Source: Candidatus Poseidoniaceae archaeon (GTDB taxonomy: Archaea > Thermoplasmatota > Poseidoniia > Poseidoniales > Poseidoniaceae). From it: a stretch of 60,779 nucleotides of DNA. The position numbers and the translations under genes are program-made. The stretch spans positions 1 through 60,779 of the forward strand of contig JAQXFL010000016.1 of the NCBI GenBank assembly GCA_029250345.1. Direction: 5' to 3'. Under the pieces are notes generated by a model. The model was not told where the DNA came from. It ran no database searches and saw nothing but the letters and a program-made list of their open reading frames with translations. Positions 34,301-42,363 of this stretch are shown piece after piece (position 1 is the stretch's first letter; each line of letters starts with the position of its first letter).

Positions 34301-36873
34301 CCACTCCTGAAGATGGCTCTGAACGTCATGCAGGCCCACCTGCTCCAGGTGGTCAGGCACTCAGTTTCGTCATTCAAGACTCTGTTGATCCACCGAGTCA
34401 GATTACCCTCAACTACTGGATTGGATGCAAGGCAAGTGAATCAATTGGTTGCAGCGATTACAATTTTGACGGTCTACCGAACGCCAATGAATACGAAATG
34501 AAGGTACTTAATTCACCGGATACTCAAGTTGGTGGCCTCAACATCTTTGACGGTCTTATCGACGATTCAATGCTCGAACACGGCCAACTGGTGTCCTACT
34601 TCATCACCGGAAAGGATGCTCAAGACAACGCTATTGCAATGGGTGGTGGACCTGTCTGTCCCGACAGTAATACTGCTTGCGGTTATGTCCCCGGAGAGAC
34701 AGTTCCTGATTGGGACAATGACTTGGGAACATATCGAATACGGGTAGAGTTTGAACCTGAATTGGACTTAGACAATTCTACAATCCTTGGACATGATGAT
34801 TCATCGCCACTCCATCCAGGAATCCCGTATACAGCTCAAATTGTTCTCTCCGACCGTAACGGATGGGAAGACATTCAATACATCCAGTTGGCTCTTGGTG
34901 GAGACTTTGAAGACGATGAAAGTTCACTGTTCATCTCCTTGACCAAAGGCCACGATGGTATGCCAATCGCCGTAATGGAGTCTGGCTCTGCAAACATCGC
35001 CGTTTCAAACCTCTATTCGAGTGTGAGTCTCGATGAAAATGATAATTCCATCATTAAGATTCTTGCCCGATTCCAACTCACTTGGACGTTCCCTGAAGTC
35101 TTTGATACCGACGGATTAAGTTTGGTTATTCCAAAGATTCTGGTCACTGACTTGCCGTGTAACGATATTGAAGTTACGCCGTGTTTCGAAGCCAAGGAAG
35201 GTTTGGGTAACGATGCCTGGAGTCTTGACAACGATTTCCGATTTGATACAATGGAAGGTCACATACGTGCAGTCGAACTCCGCGATGGGACGAACCACTA
35301 CAATTCCGACTTCGAAGAAACTCTCATTGGTGCTGGACAAGCACTTCGAGTCAACGGCAGAATCCTCTTCTCAGAAGATGAAACTCCAGCGCCCCCAGGT
35401 GCATTTGATGTCGTGTTTGGAGATTACGATAACACATGGACGACATCAACCCGTGATGATGGTGAGTTCAGTCTGGACTTATTGATTCCGTCCGTACCTT
35501 CCGGCCATCTTGATTTACAATTGGGCCTCGGTGATTTACCTGGTTTCGCAATGGATGAAACAACTTCCACTCAGCGTGTTCGTTTAGCTGTGGACAGTTC
35601 ACGGCCAACGATTTCAGCCATCACTCTCGACGAAGTCAAATCTGGTTCGCCGCTTTCGATTGGTTCATGTGGTGACTTGCTTGTGATGCTTGAAACACTC
35701 GACGACTATGGATTTGATCTCGACGAACCAGCCGTTCTTCACTACAGAGTTCGAGCTGGAGAGGCTGAAATTTCACGTGGCAGTGTTCCTCTTCCTGATA
35801 CGACTCCATTTGGTGAACAGTTCTTTTGGACCGGTAGCCTCGACTTGACAGATGCGGGAGCTACTACACTCCTACCTTCGTACATGGTGGATGTTTGGGT
35901 CTCAGGCTCAGATTCTGCAGGTAATCCATTCGATACGATTGGTAACTCAATTGATGAGCCAATTGCATCATGGTCGCTGGCCTTACTTGGTCCAAGCATC
36001 GACCTCAACGCCGCTACAAGCAGATTCTCGTGGGACGACCCAAGTCCAATCTCACAACAATCTGTGAATCTTGATTTCGAGGTCCGAAACCTTGGCGGTA
36101 AGGGAGATGTTGCCTTGGTTCTGCAACGTGCTGTTGAAGGTGGCTTTTGGGAGAACATTGCTCGTGTTGACATTGTTGCTACGGCTGGTGGTGACCTCAC
36201 CGGTTCTCTGCCAACAGTAGCGAACGCTGATGTCGGTGAAAGCATCGAATTCCGTCTCGTTGTTTTAGTCGATGAAGTGGAAATGGACCGTGCATCACTC
36301 GACCCTCTGTTCATCAAGGAACAGACGATTCGTGACGGTGAAGCACTGGCACAGCAAGCCCAAGAGGGTACCTTCAGTATTGTTCTCTACATTATTGCGC
36401 TCCTGTCACTGAGTATGGCCATGTATCTCTTGGTGATGAATCGACGAATCCGTGAAGGTGACTTGGAAACCAGTGCTGAGGATCAAACGGATGAAGTGCT
36501 CGAAGACCTTGAAAAAGCAAAAATGCTTCCAGCAATAGGCCAAAATCTACCAGCTCCAACTGGTTTGGCATCTGGTGTGCCTCAACCGAATCCATCGGTA
36601 GTTTTCAGCCCAAATGTTGAGCCAACACCCGCTTCTCTGTCAGCTTCCCTTTCTGCATCTACACCGGGTTCGTCTTCGCCGGGTCTGGTTCAAAACATCA
36701 CTTACAACATTTCGGACAGTGCGGTGGGAGCAATTCCTACTACGAATTCAGTTAATGACGGTATGCCGGCTAAGGCTCCACCACCTCTACCTCCGACAGG
36801 TCTGCCTGAAGGATGGACTCTTGACCAATGGAATCATTTCGGTTGGCAATATGTTGAATCGATGAAGAAGTGA
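31327..36873 (+). CDS. giant surface protein with signal peptide, Asp-box-containing beta domains, C-terminal TM and Pro/Ser-rich cytoplasmic tail
   Basis: ATG 31327 (MQNEFSNGRGIMFVLFFIMVLSPMGPMAEVFVGSADA), preceded by GGGGAG. Asp-box-like SADNGTHW (32809-32832) and SNDNGTSW (33073-33096) are present. The TM is FSIVLYIIALLSLSMAMYLLVM. The approximately 145-aa tail ends ...KAPPPLPPTGLPEGWTLDQWNHFGWQYVESMKK. Confidence 0.7.
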   Translation: MQNEFSNGRGIMFVLFFIMVLSPMGPMAEVFVGSADAAGVSRHIYEFSDGTTEHVALYQGANPDIGAEISLPKGAHVTEVSMTLSGASATGWSQTVTDERDEWFAGGASSTDSRSGDLSLDLANSSTRFFAHGYDEATNPTSNAWLDNGSYAVRQPHTSNSTESRFSQQVLKSSNAMMKQSQGAVLKHHDWLFMSTWSSSTFQNIVHRLYPNNATKESVITLDQAQCTLPNLHSSSYYANYGFRDWTITDDERMFAILSGYKYHYSSSAPTQYHRVLEMDISRDDVWTCIDSYDVSPQYSDYTAIAYDRTTEEVWIVHNAQRRIVPYTFGESPDGTYTRGDDMYSYSSSSGSSWECGKTGQQVRGLEVNETTFFMRCQKGTTSQDKDQLEAWTISGSSTSLIPQSGTRLLSALGYGLQFDGSRFVTIDCGYSTWSSSTLYYREYGTGWQFKTTPAPGTTTWFGPIMKSNEPVLAANMQTYWSAASIGDRVDYWISADNGTHWEPVTSNSTIHFDYPGEELIWKAQLIGSTAVSWWVDVEYATEYSTSGSWTSSPQTTGTKVGKVRPNWQADVPAGTSVLVQVSNDNGTSWLPALNNQEVSFPSTEAGDTIRYAISMTSTDASLTPLIDSVTMEYEEGYPDRPKIDIGNDLVWDWESVLFLNESSVIASDMSIVNAEVKSQPTLVQAFNSFIPQNGDGDVTIPVAIKAATPGRVKISNIDVTYKLQTRAVDASLEGGMISPDGVFRNLHVRVAPGDDVDRVTSALVALNNSYGENPAFEWERGDTCSVVSDAEGIVQFDVANCTSVMDSTGQVTIRMPMSVNWTWDDENKLQALISVHDELGQAVTAWETDSLDMIVENDIQLDGLRVYEETGRELYSLDWVRGGYLISFTGIIHFQNSQLTPLGGQFDLRVLGQNVTYDGDPIGEPVELAREQNPAFGAFNITITSPMESSPGGMVFYVEATELKNGSMFTNPGYNTIRLVLDGNSPLVLGSTPEDGSERHAGPPAPGGQALSFVIQDSVDPPSQITLNYWIGCKASESIGCSDYNFDGLPNANEYEMKVLNSPDTQVGGLNIFDGLIDDSMLEHGQLVSYFITGKDAQDNAIAMGGGPVCPDSNTACGYVPGETVPDWDNDLGTYRIRVEFEPELDLDNSTILGHDDSSPLHPGIPYTAQIVLSDRNGWEDIQYIQLALGGDFEDDESSLFISLTKGHDGMPIAVMESGSANIAVSNLYSSVSLDENDNSIIKILARFQLTWTFPEVFDTDGLSLVIPKILVTDLPCNDIEVTPCFEAKEGLGNDAWSLDNDFRFDTMEGHIRAVELRDGTNHYNSDFEETLIGAGQALRVNGRILFSEDETPAPPGAFDVVFGDYDNTWTTSTRDDGEFSLDLLIPSVPSGHLDLQLGLGDLPGFAMDETTSTQRVRLAVDSSRPTISAITLDEVKSGSPLSIGSCGDLLVMLETLDDYGFDLDEPAVLHYRVRAGEAEISRGSVPLPDTTPFGEQFFWTGSLDLTDAGATTLLPSYMVDVWVSGSDSAGNPFDTIGNSIDEPIASWSLALLGPSIDLNAATSRFSWDDPSPISQQSVNLDFEVRNLGGKGDVALVLQRAVEGGFWENIARVDIVATAGGDLTGSLPTVANADVGESIEFRLVVLVDEVEMDRASLDPLFIKEQTIRDGEALAQQAQEGTFSIVLYIIALLSLSMAMYLLVMNRRIREGDLETSAEDQTDEVLEDLEKAKMLPAIGQNLPAPTGLASGVPQPNPSVVFSPNVEPTPASLSASLSASTPGSSSPGLVQNITYNISDSAVGAIPTTNSVNDGMPAKAPPPLPPTGLPEGWTLDQWNHFGWQYVESMKK

Positions 36874-36882
36874 GTTGTCGAC

Positions 36883-37335
36883 ATGTCTGGTGAAGATACA
36901 TCCGCAGTGGATGGAATGGTGACGATGCAAGAGCGGATGGTCAACTTGATCAATCAACTCAACATGCCACTCATTGAGGTCAGTCTCGTCCTTAGCAAAC
37001 ACATCGCAGGCCTCTCACGTTCGCTTGATGAGCACATCAATGCAACTCAACAGGAGTTTCCCGAAACAGTCACCCATCCATGGCCCATTCAGAACGGTGG
37101 TGAGGATGATTCGAGTTTCCAGTTTGATTTAGAAAAAATCTTCAAGATTATCGACGAGGACAGAATGGATATCTTAGCTACACTGATCCGTGTCACTTTG
37201 GTTGAGATTGACGCTTCACTTGCGGAGGGTCTTCTCGCTTTACGGCCTTGGGAAGCGCTTTCAAGAACTCAGTTATCAAACGCCAAAAGTCCAGGGCAAT
37301 TGTTTTCACCGCTGGAAATACCTGAAGAGTGGTAA
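36883..37335 (+). CDS. hypothetical small acidic cytoplasmic protein
   Basis: 150-aa ORF with ATG 9 bp after the giant gene stop. It has no TM, looks helical and has no recognisable motif. Confidence 0.5.
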   Translation: MSGEDTSAVDGMVTMQERMVNLINQLNMPLIEVSLVLSKHIAGLSRSLDEHINATQQEFPETVTHPWPIQNGGEDDSSFQFDLEKIFKIIDEDRMDILATLIRVTLVEIDASLAEGLLALRPWEALSRTQLSNAKSPGQLFSPLEIPEEW

Positions 37336-37371
37336 GCAATGGTTTGAAAATAACCACCTCTACGGCTTAAC

Positions 37372-38163
37372 ATGGAGCGTCTCCGCCGCCTTGGTACCGG
37401 TTTACTTGTTCTCCTCTTGTTGCCCGCACTCTCTGGATGCCTTGGCTCAGATGGAATACTCGGTATTCCGGAAAGCAAAGGAATCCCCGGTGGACTGACC
37501 CTTGCGTGCTTGGACAGTTCAAAATACACTTCGATGACTGTTGAGATTGATTATGAAGCGGGCTATCTGCCAGAGTCAACGTCAACAGACATGCTAAAGC
37601 AACGGCTTGAATCGGTTTGCGATAAACCGAACGGTATCAATTTCCAATTTACGGAGACTGACTTTTCCAACGATGAGACTTGGTCTGCGAATGATGTCCG
37701 TAATTTGGGCGACGAGGCAAAGGCTGTCGCGCCCCAATCGGGATCTACACTGACCTGGCAGATTTTATTCCCCGCTGGAACATACGATGATACCAGCGTT
37801 CTCGGGGTTGCAGTCGATGCTTCGACCGTTGCAATTTTCAAAGATTCGATCGATGATGCTGAGAATATTTTCCGTCGGCCTTCCGCTGAAAAAATTGAAA
37901 ACAGCGTTTTGGTCCATGAGGTTGGACATCTTTTGGGATTAGTCAATTTGGTGTACACCTCACCGGCAGAACACGAAGACAGTTCGCACCCAGGGCATTC
38001 GAACAATGAAGATTCAGTTATGTATTGGGCCATTGAGTCGTCAAGCATTGCTAATTTCTTTGACAATGATTTGCCGACAGAGTTTGACAGTGACGACCTC
38101 AATGACTTGTCCGGACTTGCTGATGGAAGCATCAAGTGTACCGATCAACTTTGGCGACCCTAG
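37372..38163 (+). CDS. putative lipoprotein zinc metalloprotease (HExxH, metzincin-like)
   Basis: The signal peptide carries a lipobox (LLLLPALSGC). The zinc motif is VLVHEVGHLLGLVN, with His-rich AEHEDSSHPGH downstream and a possible Met-turn SVMYW. Confidence 0.6.
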   Translation: MERLRRLGTGLLVLLLLPALSGCLGSDGILGIPESKGIPGGLTLACLDSSKYTSMTVEIDYEAGYLPESTSTDMLKQRLESVCDKPNGINFQFTETDFSNDETWSANDVRNLGDEAKAVAPQSGSTLTWQILFPAGTYDDTSVLGVAVDASTVAIFKDSIDDAENIFRRPSAEKIENSVLVHEVGHLLGLVNLVYTSPAEHEDSSHPGHSNNEDSVMYWAIESSSIANFFDNDLPTEFDSDDLNDLSGLADGSIKCTDQLWRP

Positions 38164-38498
38164 TCCTTCGGCTTGGCTATCAACTGCGTGGCTACTCTCC
38201 ATGCATCAAAGATTGAATAGAGCCACAGGCCAACCCAAAGAACGATTGTTAGTGCAAGAGGAATTTGCAACAGCGACCAATCAAATGCTTTTCGATGTTG
38301 TCGATTTACATGCTGGCCGAGGAATAAAAAGGGTACAGTCGCAATGACAGCGGTGAAAAGTGGGCGTAAAGTGCCCCATGCGCCGACACCAAAGGTGAAT
38401 TCTTTCCAGATTTCACGAAGGAGTCGAACAGGCCTCAAATCAGAGATGCCGTCACTTTCCTCTTCAAGGGTCAATGAAACTTCTTCAGCCGAATCCAT
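38160..38498 (-). CDS. hypothetical two-TM membrane protein
   Basis: The ORF is open to TTG 38567, and ATG 38498 (MDSAEEV...) is the more plausible start. Two hydrophobic helices are present (LFTAVIATVPFLFL and LQIPLALTIVLWVGLWLYSIF). Its stop overlaps the convergent metalloprotease stop in the palindrome CTAG (38160-38163). Confidence 0.45.
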   Translation of the reverse strand: MDSAEEVSLTLEEESDGISDLRPVRLLREIWKEFTFGVGAWGTLRPLFTAVIATVPFLFLGQHVNRQHRKAFDWSLLQIPLALTIVLWVGLWLYSIFDAWRVATQLIAKPKD

Positions 38499-38591
38499 GT
38501 TCCCCACATGTCGACGTAGCGGCTCTTGTTTGTCAAGATGACGCAAGATGTGAGGCAAGAGAATCAAAAACCCTCACCTCAACGACCGTCC

Positions 38592-39629
38592 ATGGCTCGG
38601 GTGCTGGTTACTGGATTCGAACCGTTTGGTGACAATCCAAGAAATATTTCGATGGAAGTTTTGTCCCAACTCCCAACATTTTTGCATTTCATAGACCCGT
38701 GGAAGAGTTTGAGGGCCACTGAAATCGAACCAATACATGCCAGGATTGAGACAATGATTCTCCCTGTCGACGAACTCGGTGCGAACACTGTTTCGAATCT
38801 TCTTACTTCTGGAGAGGTTTGGGACGTTATCGTTCATCTCGGTCTGTGCGAGTCGTGCGAAGTTCCGAGGGTCGAGATTCGAGCACAAAACAAGATGAGT
38901 ATGCGAATTACCGACAACTCTGGTCGCCAAATTATGGAAGGATGTTTGTCGCAGGACGGGGATATGTATGCCTCGGTGCCCGTTCAAACATGGGTGGATC
39001 AAGGCCTTGACACCGATTGGGAACTCTCAGTTGATGCAGGCACATTCGTATGCAATGAGACATTCTACAGGACACTCCATACCCTTGCAAACCACGATGT
39101 TGCAGATGCTCCGTGTCTCTTTGTTCACCTACCGGACTTCGAAAGATGTACACTGGTTCAAGCCTCAAGTCTCATTCTTGAAGTCATTCAGAACATGTTG
39201 TTTCGACCGGTTCTCTCGGTCGTAGGTGGCCTGATGACTCGCGATGAAACATACCTCATAGCGCGTCGTGCTCAGCATGAGAAGCATCCCGGTAAGTGGG
39301 AGTTTCCAGGTGGGAAAGTCGAATTTGGTGAATCATTACAGCAAGCCATTGTTCGAGAATTTAACGAAGAACTCGGTTGGAATGTTCGCCCCGGTTCATC
39401 AATTGGCATCTGGCATCATTCATTGGCAAAGTTCGATATCGCTTTGAACATCCTGCCAGTTGAGTTTACAGGTGCGAACCCCGATGAAGACGACAGAAGC
39501 AGTTGGACTGCACATGATGCGCTGGTTTGGAGATCGCTCGACGATGATTCAGCACTTGATTGGCTCGGGAGTGATGAGCAAGTTGTTCACTGGATGAGAG
39601 AAACTGGATATCTATCTAAACCCAAGTGA
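38592..39629 (+). CDS. fusion protein: pyroglutamyl peptidase I (Pcp, C15) N-terminal domain + NUDIX (MutT-like) hydrolase C-terminal domain
   Basis: ATG 38592 (MARVLVTGFEPFGDNPRNIS) is a typical Pcp start. Catalytic contexts are RVEIRAQN (Glu), DAGTFVCNETFY (Cys) and LFVHLP (His). The C-terminal half has a perfect Nudix box GKVEFGESLQQAIVREFNEELGW, preceded by GKWEFPGG. Confidence 0.75.
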   Translation: MARVLVTGFEPFGDNPRNISMEVLSQLPTFLHFIDPWKSLRATEIEPIHARIETMILPVDELGANTVSNLLTSGEVWDVIVHLGLCESCEVPRVEIRAQNKMSMRITDNSGRQIMEGCLSQDGDMYASVPVQTWVDQGLDTDWELSVDAGTFVCNETFYRTLHTLANHDVADAPCLFVHLPDFERCTLVQASSLILEVIQNMLFRPVLSVVGGLMTRDETYLIARRAQHEKHPGKWEFPGGKVEFGESLQQAIVREFNEELGWNVRPGSSIGIWHHSLAKFDIALNILPVEFTGANPDEDDRSSWTAHDALVWRSLDDDSALDWLGSDEQVVHWMRETGYLSKPK

Positions 39630-40131
39630 CAGCTTCCCCATCGGCTCCCATTGCATTTTCATCCTTGATGCCTCGTGGGACAGCATCACGTCCTTTATGC
39701 CATGTTGCTGCCTCAAGCCAATCACCCAGATTTTCACCTTCAAGGTGTACTGTAATAACTCCTCCAAGCGGATGTTCACCCGGCAGGGGAAAGGCTACTT
39801 TTCCAACTACGGCTGCTTGTCGCAGTAAAGCAAAGTGTGTTTTGGAGCCATCGAATGAAGCGGTCATGGAATCCAAGGCAGTGTCAAGAATTCGTTGCTC
39901 GTGTAAAAGTTTGAGAAACGCACCAAGTGACACTCCTTCTGCACGCCATACAGTGTCGCTGGCCTGTCCAAGTTTGGGTTCTTGCGGGTGTGTTGGGACT
40001 GGGAACTCAGGGAATATTGCGAGGAGTGATTCTTCGACACGCTGTGGAACATCAGCGCCTTGCAAAACCGTTTCAATGCGAATCTGCAAGTTTTCATTCA
40101 CGCCGTTCAGACGCAACAGTGGTTCTTGCAT
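39616..40131 (-). CDS. hypothetical protein, possibly UPF0201/COG1931 RNA-binding-fold family
   Basis: The ORF is open to 40371, but that would overlap the divergent GT2 gene. ATG 40131 (MQEPLLRLNGVNENLQIRIETV...) leaves a 90-bp divergent gap. Family-like patterns are IRIETVLQGADVPQRVEESLLAIFPEF and FALLRQAAVVGKVAFPLPGEHPLGGVITVHL. This is a recollection-level match only. Confidence 0.4.
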   Translation of the reverse strand: MQEPLLRLNGVNENLQIRIETVLQGADVPQRVEESLLAIFPEFPVPTHPQEPKLGQASDTVWRAEGVSLGAFLKLLHEQRILDTALDSMTASFDGSKTHFALLRQAAVVGKVAFPLPGEHPLGGVITVHLEGENLGDWLEAATWHKGRDAVPRGIKDENAMGADGEAVTWV

Positions 40132-40220
40132 GGACCTGCCAACAGCCTCCTGCACATGAACATGCCTTTCAACTGCATTTTCAGGGAACAGGTGAAAGAG
40201 GTGGGCACATACGGGAGGGT

Positions 40221-41252
40221 ATGAGTGATTCAGGGCCGATGGTGGCAACCGTTGTACCTGTTCTGAACGAAGCGACTTACATCGAAGCATGTTTGAAATC
40301 GCTGATCGGACAAAGTCTGTCTCCCGAACAGCATATGGTCCTCGTTTTTGATGGAGGTTCGACTGATTCAACTCGAAACATAGTCGAGAGAATGATCGTG
40401 TTGAGTAAAGAAACAGGTGGGCCTCGTATCGAATTGCACGACAACCCTGGAAGGTTTGTATCTCAAGCCCGAAACCTCGCTCTTGAGCTTCTACCGACCT
40501 CAGTTCAGTTCACCGTTGAGATGATTGGCCACTCGACGGTCGACCCAGACCATCTTGAAGTTCGACTTAGCGAATGGAAATTGATTCAAGAGGAACATTC
40601 GAATCCACTTGGTGCTGTCGGCGTTAAGGTCTTGCCTCGACAAGGTGAGCACGGTCGGGTTGAGTCGTGGATTGAAGGTTGCCTAAGATCACCGTTGGGA
40701 AGTGGTAACGGTCAATTTGACGGCTTCAGTGAGCGAGGTCTTACTCAGGTTCCAGCCTTTGCCATGCATTCACGTGAAGCAGTCGAGTCCATTCATGGTT
40801 GGGATGTCGATTTCATTACCAGTCAGGACAGCGACCTTTCAATGCGCCTTCTCAACGCAGGCTTTGTCCTTGCGCGTACACCTTCGACGCATGTTCGTAT
40901 GGTAAAGCGTTCCACTTTAGGGAAGTGGTGGAAGATGGGGCATCGGTATGGTTTTTGGCGTATGAAAATTCTTAGAAAGTATCCAAAACGAACCAGCCTG
41001 AGAGAGTTTTTACCATGGTTTGGGGCATTGAGCACGGTCACACTTCTCGCCCTACAATCCCCCTATGCAGGTGTATTGCCCGCATGTTACCTTGTGGTTT
41101 TATCACTTGAGGGGCTTCGAGGTGCACTGATGTCGAAACGGTTTTCGTTGGTTCTCGGTATTCCTGTTTGTCTCTTTATGCTTCATTCCAGTTTTTCAAT
41201 CGGTCTTCTGGATGGGTTGGTTCGAAAAGGGCGTGCCCCGAAGGATCGTTGA
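40221..41252 (+). CDS. family 2 glycosyltransferase with C-terminal TM helices
   Basis: ATG 40221 directly follows GGGAGGGT. GT2 signatures are VATVVPVLNEATYIEACLKSL, LVFDGGSTDST and SQDSDLSMRLLNAGF. Two or three C-terminal hydrophobic helices are present. The upstream part of ORF 39927.. is antisense to the neighbouring gene. Confidence 0.8.
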   Translation: MSDSGPMVATVVPVLNEATYIEACLKSLIGQSLSPEQHMVLVFDGGSTDSTRNIVERMIVLSKETGGPRIELHDNPGRFVSQARNLALELLPTSVQFTVEMIGHSTVDPDHLEVRLSEWKLIQEEHSNPLGAVGVKVLPRQGEHGRVESWIEGCLRSPLGSGNGQFDGFSERGLTQVPAFAMHSREAVESIHGWDVDFITSQDSDLSMRLLNAGFVLARTPSTHVRMVKRSTLGKWWKMGHRYGFWRMKILRKYPKRTSLREFLPWFGALSTVTLLALQSPYAGVLPACYLVVLSLEGLRGALMSKRFSLVLGIPVCLFMLHSSFSIGLLDGLVRKGRAPKDR

Positions 41253-41301
41253 TGCCTTCAAGCAACTTATGCCAACATACTTGAGTGTAGTATGAAAGCG
41301 C

Positions 41302-42297
41302 ATGGTGTTCACCATGGCGAAGGAGCGTTCAGTCACAGCCCGTGGTGTGGCGATATTGCCGCTCTTGTTGATGGGTGCCGTTCACCTGTCAGTCACGCCT
41401 CTTCGCCAAATTTTTGAGATTGAGCCACTTTTCATGTACGCATGGTACGGTATTGCCGTGGCCCTCGGTTTCGTCTTGTTTCGGAAAACACGTACAGTAC
41501 GGGATTTCGAGTACCACCGGTCTCAGACGATGAAGTCCATGAAAAAGGTGTATCAGGCCGAAGAAGCAGGAGTTTGGCAAACCAATGTTCAACTTGATGC
41601 CAATTTAAGCCCCGAGGGAAAGCTAGCCTTACAGAGACAAGTTGCCAGTATTGACAAGGAATCTCCAGAACTGGAATTGCATGAAGATGATAAAGTCGAA
41701 GTTGACCTCTTGTTGGAATCAAAACAAGTTCGTACAGCCAACCGCAGAGTTTCCGGTGACGAAATGTTTGGTGATGAGCAGGTCCACTCGACAATCGGAG
41801 CCAAGCGCAAAGCTTCGCCAATGGATTCTTTCCTGGATTTTGTTGGCGCACTTTTTGGTCGTGGCAATGCGGATGAGCAGCGTGAAGAACGCCGACAGGC
41901 AGCACTTCGTGCGGCCTCAACCGCTGCACCGGTGACCGCTCAACGGCCAGTTGCTCCGATGCGTAGCACTTCAAGCAGAGATGATTCAGAATTGAAAATG
42001 ACATCGATGAGTGATGATGGGGGTGTTGATTCGGTCATGACTGAATCGGGAACGAGTCTTTCCGAAGCCCAAGAGATGGCTGCACCAGTCGATACGACCT
42101 ATGCATGGGATTCAGCACCTGCTCCATCCAATCACGGAAGCATCGAGGACATGGCTATGATGGGTACTGCTCAGTTTACAACCGCTCCTGTTACCAGTGC
42201 CCCAGCACCGCTACCAGCAGGAAACCGCTGCAGAGGGTGCAGTGCGATCATTCCGCCCGGAGAACCGTTCTGCCTTCATTGTGGTCTCGATGCCTGA
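41302..42297 (+). CDS. hypothetical membrane protein with disordered acidic linker and C-terminal zinc ribbon
   Basis: Two N-terminal TM helices (GVAILPLLLMGAVHL and MYAWYGIAVALGFVLF), a long low-complexity region, and a C-terminal CRGCSAIIPPGEPFCLHCG. Alternative start at ATG 41314. Confidence 0.55.
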   Translation: MVFTMAKERSVTARGVAILPLLLMGAVHLSVTPLRQIFEIEPLFMYAWYGIAVALGFVLFRKTRTVRDFEYHRSQTMKSMKKVYQAEEAGVWQTNVQLDANLSPEGKLALQRQVASIDKESPELELHEDDKVEVDLLLESKQVRTANRRVSGDEMFGDEQVHSTIGAKRKASPMDSFLDFVGALFGRGNADEQREERRQAALRAASTAAPVTAQRPVAPMRSTSSRDDSELKMTSMSDDGGVDSVMTESGTSLSEAQEMAAPVDTTYAWDSAPAPSNHGSIEDMAMMGTAQFTTAPVTSAPAPLPAGNRCRGCSAIIPPGEPFCLHCGLDA

Positions 42298-42363
42298 GCC
42301 GATGGATTTTGTCCGTGATGTTGAAAGAGGACTTCACTACCCCTAGGCTTGTTCGGTGAGCAT

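Noticed and set aside
35742-36317. 191-aa minus-strand ORF inside the 1848-aa gene
   Set aside because: It is an antisense shadow ORF, low complexity, with no start context.
37563-38135. 190-aa minus-strand ORF opposite the metalloprotease
   Set aside because: The plus-strand frame carries the lipobox signal peptide and HExxH motif. The antisense frame has no features.
39626-40159. 177-aa plus ORF, and the 5' extension (39927-40220) of the GT2 ORF
   Set aside because: Both are antisense to the minus-strand gene and give Cys/Ser/Pro-rich nonsense. The GT2 homology begins only after ATG 40221, which has a strong GGGAGGGT RBS-like element.
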